In this document: positions 60,817 through 64,000 of the stretch, in pieces
Position numbering within the stretch: the first letter of the stretch is position 1
How the letters are laid out: each line of letters begins with the position of its first letter
NCBI GenBank assembly: GCA_963798085.1
Contig: CAWCRS010000003.1
Coordinates: 480,001 to 544,000, forward strand
From: an uncultured Gemmatimonadales bacterium
Lineage (GTDB): Bacteria > Gemmatimonadota > Gemmatimonadetes > Longimicrobiales > RSA9
Direction: 5' to 3'
DNA: 64,000 nucleotides
Notes under the pieces: model-generated
Seen by the model: the letters and a program-made list of their open reading frames with translations, nothing else
What the model was told of the DNA's origin: nothing
The model's database searches: none
Position numbers and translations under genes: made by a program

Positions 60817-61578
60817 TCAGGCCATTTCCGGCAGCAGTCTTCGCCGAAGGAGCAGGCCCCCAATGATATCTATGGCGCTGTGTGCGATCATGGACGGCCA
60901 GATGCTCCCTGAGAGGACAAGTGGAATGGCCAGGAGCGAGCCGAGCAAGCCGGCTCTCATCGCACCCGCAGGATGCTGATACGCGTGCATCCAGCCGAAA
61001 GCCACGCTGCTCACCAGCAGCGCGAGGATCTGTGAGCCCCAGGCAATCCGCAACGCAACCAGCAGAAAACCGCGAAATACCAACTCTTCGCCGAATCCCG
61101 CGCTGAGGCTGAGGCCCGCGAACGCGACCTTCTCGCTGCCACTGGCTGGCAACAGGCGACGCAGAAACGCGGATTCACGCACGCCCAGCGCGCGGGCCGC
61201 GAGCATGATGCCGACCCCACCGGCCGTCGCGGCTGCCGCCCATGCCAGCAGCACTGCCGGCGACAGGGCCCGTAGCCCCAGCTGTGCCAGCGGGACGCCA
61301 CTGGTGCGTGCCATGGTGGCCGTGACTACGGCGAGCACCCAGATCGACACCGCGGAAGAAGCGTAGACCGGGAGTCGTGGCAGTCGCGCCGGATCTCCCG
61401 CTGCGTGCAACTGCCAGGACGCAAGCCAGGGAAGTCCGACCAGCAGCAGGACTGTCCAGACGCGGGCCGGCCATGGCAGGTGCCCCAGGAGAAAAAGCAG
61501 CAGTATGCCAGCGGCCACCGGCCACCAGCGCGTCAAAGCCGTCGGTCGGGCGGGCGGACCAACCGTCTGTTCGGTCAC
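60817..61578 (-). CDS. CPBP (Abi/CAAX) intramembrane glutamic endopeptidase
   Basis: EELVFRG, FGWMHAYQ and IAHSAID motifs. Confidence 0.9.
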   Translation of the reverse strand: MTEQTVGPPARPTALTRWWPVAAGILLLFLLGHLPWPARVWTVLLLVGLPWLASWQLHAAGDPARLPRLPVYASSAVSIWVLAVVTATMARTSGVPLAQLGLRALSPAVLLAWAAAATAGGVGIMLAARALGVRESAFLRRLLPASGSEKVAFAGLSLSAGFGEELVFRGFLLVALRIAWGSQILALLVSSVAFGWMHAYQHPAGAMRAGLLGSLLAIPLVLSGSIWPSMIAHSAIDIIGGLLLRRRLLPEMA

Positions 61579-61585
61579 GGCGGCA

Positions 61586-62535
61586 TCAGCGCGCGGCAGC
61601 CGGGGTGCGGTCGCCGCCAGCAGAGTCGCCTGACAGCCAGTTGTAGATCCGTGGCGCCAGCAACACGGAGAGGCTTCCCAGCAGGGCACCGGCGCAGACA
61701 TCGGTGGCGTAGTGGAAACCACCGTACACAGCACCGCAGGCGAGGCCGAGTGCGAGCAGGCCGATAAGAGGCGTCAGCGGCCGCAGGAAGCGGAAGACGA
61801 TGAGCGTCTGTGCCACCGAAACCCCAACGTGAGACGAAGGAAAGGCGGCCCCGCGGCTGGATCCGACCTCGAGCATGTGGTGTGTGAAACGAAACACCGA
61901 GCCGGTCGCAATCACACCTGCAGGCGCTGCAAACTCGTAACGCGGTCCCTCCACCGGAAACCGATGAAAAACAGGTAGTGAACCAGGAACGCGAGCAGCA
62001 GCGCGAAGACCGCCTGGCGAAACGCCGGGCGCCCCGATTTCCACCAGATCAGGAAGGGCGGCGCGAAAATGATGAAGTAGTACGACAGGTATGCAGCGTG
62101 GAGCATTTCGGAGAGTGGCAGCACGGGCATGCTGGCGGCCCACGCCCGGCTCGGTTGTCCCCCGAAAAAAGTCACTTCCAGGTGCTGGATCAGCGGGTCG
62201 AAGTAGCGTCCGTTCCAGATGGCGGAGTTGAGTGCAGGCAACTCCTCGTAAAGAAAGGGAATGAGCGCCAGCGGGTAGCAGTCGGCGAGCACGGACCATG
62301 CGCGCGGCCACGAGCGCGAGAGTCGCATGCCAATGCCACTCGCCGGTGGCAGGCCGAGCAGCAGCCATGCGGCGAGCGCGTGAATAGCGGCGATCCAGGG
62401 CCACGTCGACGGCCGGTGCGGGAACAGCAGCGGTAGGATGCCAGACGCGGCGTAGGCACCTAACAGCCGGTCAACGGGCCGGGCCGTGACCTCACCCCGG
62501 TGCAGACCCGCTGTCAAGGAAGTGGTCCCGGTCAC
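61586..62535 (-). CDS. PAP2 superfamily membrane enzyme, AUR1/IPC-synthase-like; frameshift near 61958
   Basis: N-half is the tail of ORF 61912..63477 (YFDPLI...EMLHAAYLSYY); C-half has FPVEGPRY, AAFPSSHV and VYGGFHYATDV; about 316 aa after correction. Confidence 0.85.
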
Positions 62536-62540
62536 CCGCG

Positions 62541-63739
62541 TCAGCTGGCCATCGCGTTGCCGAGTGGCTTTTCGAAAACCCGATAGGTCTTGTAGATCCG
62601 CGCACCCACTCTGGTGAGGGCGTTCAGCATTCCGGCGTTGTCCTCGAGAATCCACGAACACTCGCCCTCGAAATAACCGGCGCGATTGCCTTCCCGGAAG
62701 ATCCACAGGATGAGGAGGGCGTCGAGACCCTTGTTGCGGAAAGTGGGTTTGACACCCAGCGTGAGCGTGCGTGCCGAATGTGATCTTCCGCTTGTACCAC
62801 AGCAGTTTGAGGATGCCGAACGGCAACAGCCGTCCGTTCATGCGGCGCAACACCTGGTTATAGTCGGGCAGCGCGAGCGCGAACCCGGCTGGCTCGTCCC
62901 CGACAAAGGCCAGACAGCAGAGGTTCGGGTTGACGACCGGCTTCAGCTGGTGCGCCAGATGCCGGATTTCCTCGGGGGTCATGGGGACGAAGCCCCAGTT
63001 GCGCTCCCAGGCGCTGTTGTAGATCTCCTGGATCAGCTCGACTTCCTCGTCGAGCTTTTCCATCTGAATGGGCCGCATGCGGACATTCGCCCTGGCCATG
63101 AGCCGTTCCGCCGTACGCGTATGCCGATCGCGTTCGGTGCCTTCGATCCAAAGTGCCACCAGGTCCTTCGACTTGATGTAGCCGGCCCGGTCCAGCAGAC
63201 GTGCGTAGTAGCCCGGCGTGTGGCCCATCATGATGGCGGGCGGCCTGTCGAAGCCGTCGATGAGCACGCCAGGTGACCACAGCTCGTCGTTGGTCGAGAG
63301 GTTCATGGGCCCGCGCACGACGGTGGCACCCCGCTCGCGCACCCAGCTCTCCGCCGTTTCCAACAGCTTGTTTGCCACTGCCTGGTCATCAATGCACTCG
63401 AACAGCCCGAAGAAGCCGGCATTCTCTTCATGGAATTCGTTGTGAATGCGGTTGTGGATGGCGACAATGCGTCCCACGACGCGACCTTCACGACGGGCCA
63501 GGAAGAGTGCGATTTCGGCGTGCTTCTGAAATGGATGCAGCGGGATTGAGCACGGACTTCATATCGTACAGCAGGGGCGGCACCCACTGCGGGTCAGCCG
63601 CATAGATTTCCCACGGGAGGCGCAGGAATTCGCGGCGCTGCCTGCGTTTGCGAACCGGCTCGATCGTGATCTGCGCCGCTGCGGCGGGCTCGCCGGACGA
63701 CGCAGTGGCTGTCCCCGTGGCGGGGTCCGGCCGGCTCAT
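62541..63739 (-). CDS. GNAT-fold protein resembling bacterial ceramide synthase; frameshifts near 63542 and 62776
   Basis: Reconstructed: FLRLPWEIY..DPQWVPPL, HPFQKHAEIALFLA, GRIVAI, GFFGLFE, RGPMNLSTN, YNSAWERNWGFVP, LPDYN, SWILEDN, YKTYRVFEK; about 398 aa. Confidence 0.8.
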
Positions 63740-63999
63740 GTCACGGCCATGCGCTTGCCCGCCTTCGCGAACGCTTCCAGCACGAAGTCAATGTGATCAT
63801 CGGTGTGCGTGGCCATCAGCGACACACGCAGGCGGCAGGAATTATCCGGCACGGCGGGTGGCGTCACCGGATTCGTGAACACGCCCGCGTCGAACAGCGT
63901 TTTCCAGAAAACGAACATGCGGTCCATGTCACCGACCTGGACCGGTATGATGGGTGTTTCACTGGCGCCAATGTCGTAGCCCATGCTGCGCAGTCCTTC
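63736..63999 (-). CDS. C-terminus of an alpha-oxoamine synthase, serine palmitoyltransferase-like (5' part outside the window)
   Basis: SETPIIPV, GVFTNPVTPPAVP and RVSLMATHT motifs; ATGA overlap with the GNAT gene. Confidence 0.8.
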   Translation of the reverse strand, partial: EGLRSMGYDIGASETPIIPVQVGDMDRMFVFWKTLFDAGVFTNPVTPPAVPDNSCRLRVSLMATHTDDHIDFVLEAFAKAGKRMAVT

Positions 64000-64000
64000 C

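Noticed and set aside
60817..61578. CPBP/Abi protein as a phage-defence gene
   Set aside because: The family name is historical; the context is a membrane-lipid operon with no defence genes nearby
61912..63477. Apparent 521-aa GNAT-PAP2 fusion in the ORF track
   Set aside because: Chimera caused by the frameshift near 62776; the GNAT's own C-terminus (SWILEDN..YKTYRVFEK) ends at 62541 in another frame
1..64000. tRNA, rRNA, CRISPR arrays, prophage or known riboswitches
   Set aside because: None recognised by eye in the intergenic regions; a covariance-model scan would be needed to exclude divergent RNAs

Overview
A GC-rich (roughly two-thirds G+C by eye), gene-dense bacterial chromosome segment with about 60 mostly housekeeping and metabolic genes. 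The gene content suggests Gemmatimonadota or a similar lineage; this is an inference I could not verify. No rRNA, tRNA, CRISPR array or prophage was seen, and the only mobile element is one intact IS630. At least eight unrelated genes carry single-base frameshifts, which points to an under-polished assembly; I reconstructed those genes by reading across frames. Most interesting signals: (1) a SelW/Rdx-type selenoprotein missing from the ORF track (CGL-UGA, i.e. CxxU, followed by a SECIS-like hairpin) whose stop overlaps the start of phosphofructokinase; (2) a probable sphingolipid operon at the right edge (Spt-like, ceramide-synthase-like GNAT, then an AUR1/IPC-synthase-like PAP2 enzyme) hidden by frameshifts; (3) a stand-alone PaaABCD-type di-iron epoxidase module with a split PaaD, no reductase and a coupled methyltransferase; (4) a cNMP-binding domain fused to aspartase; (5) several degenerate enzymes (DEAD-box helicase, histidine kinase, GyrA lacking its GyrA-box).
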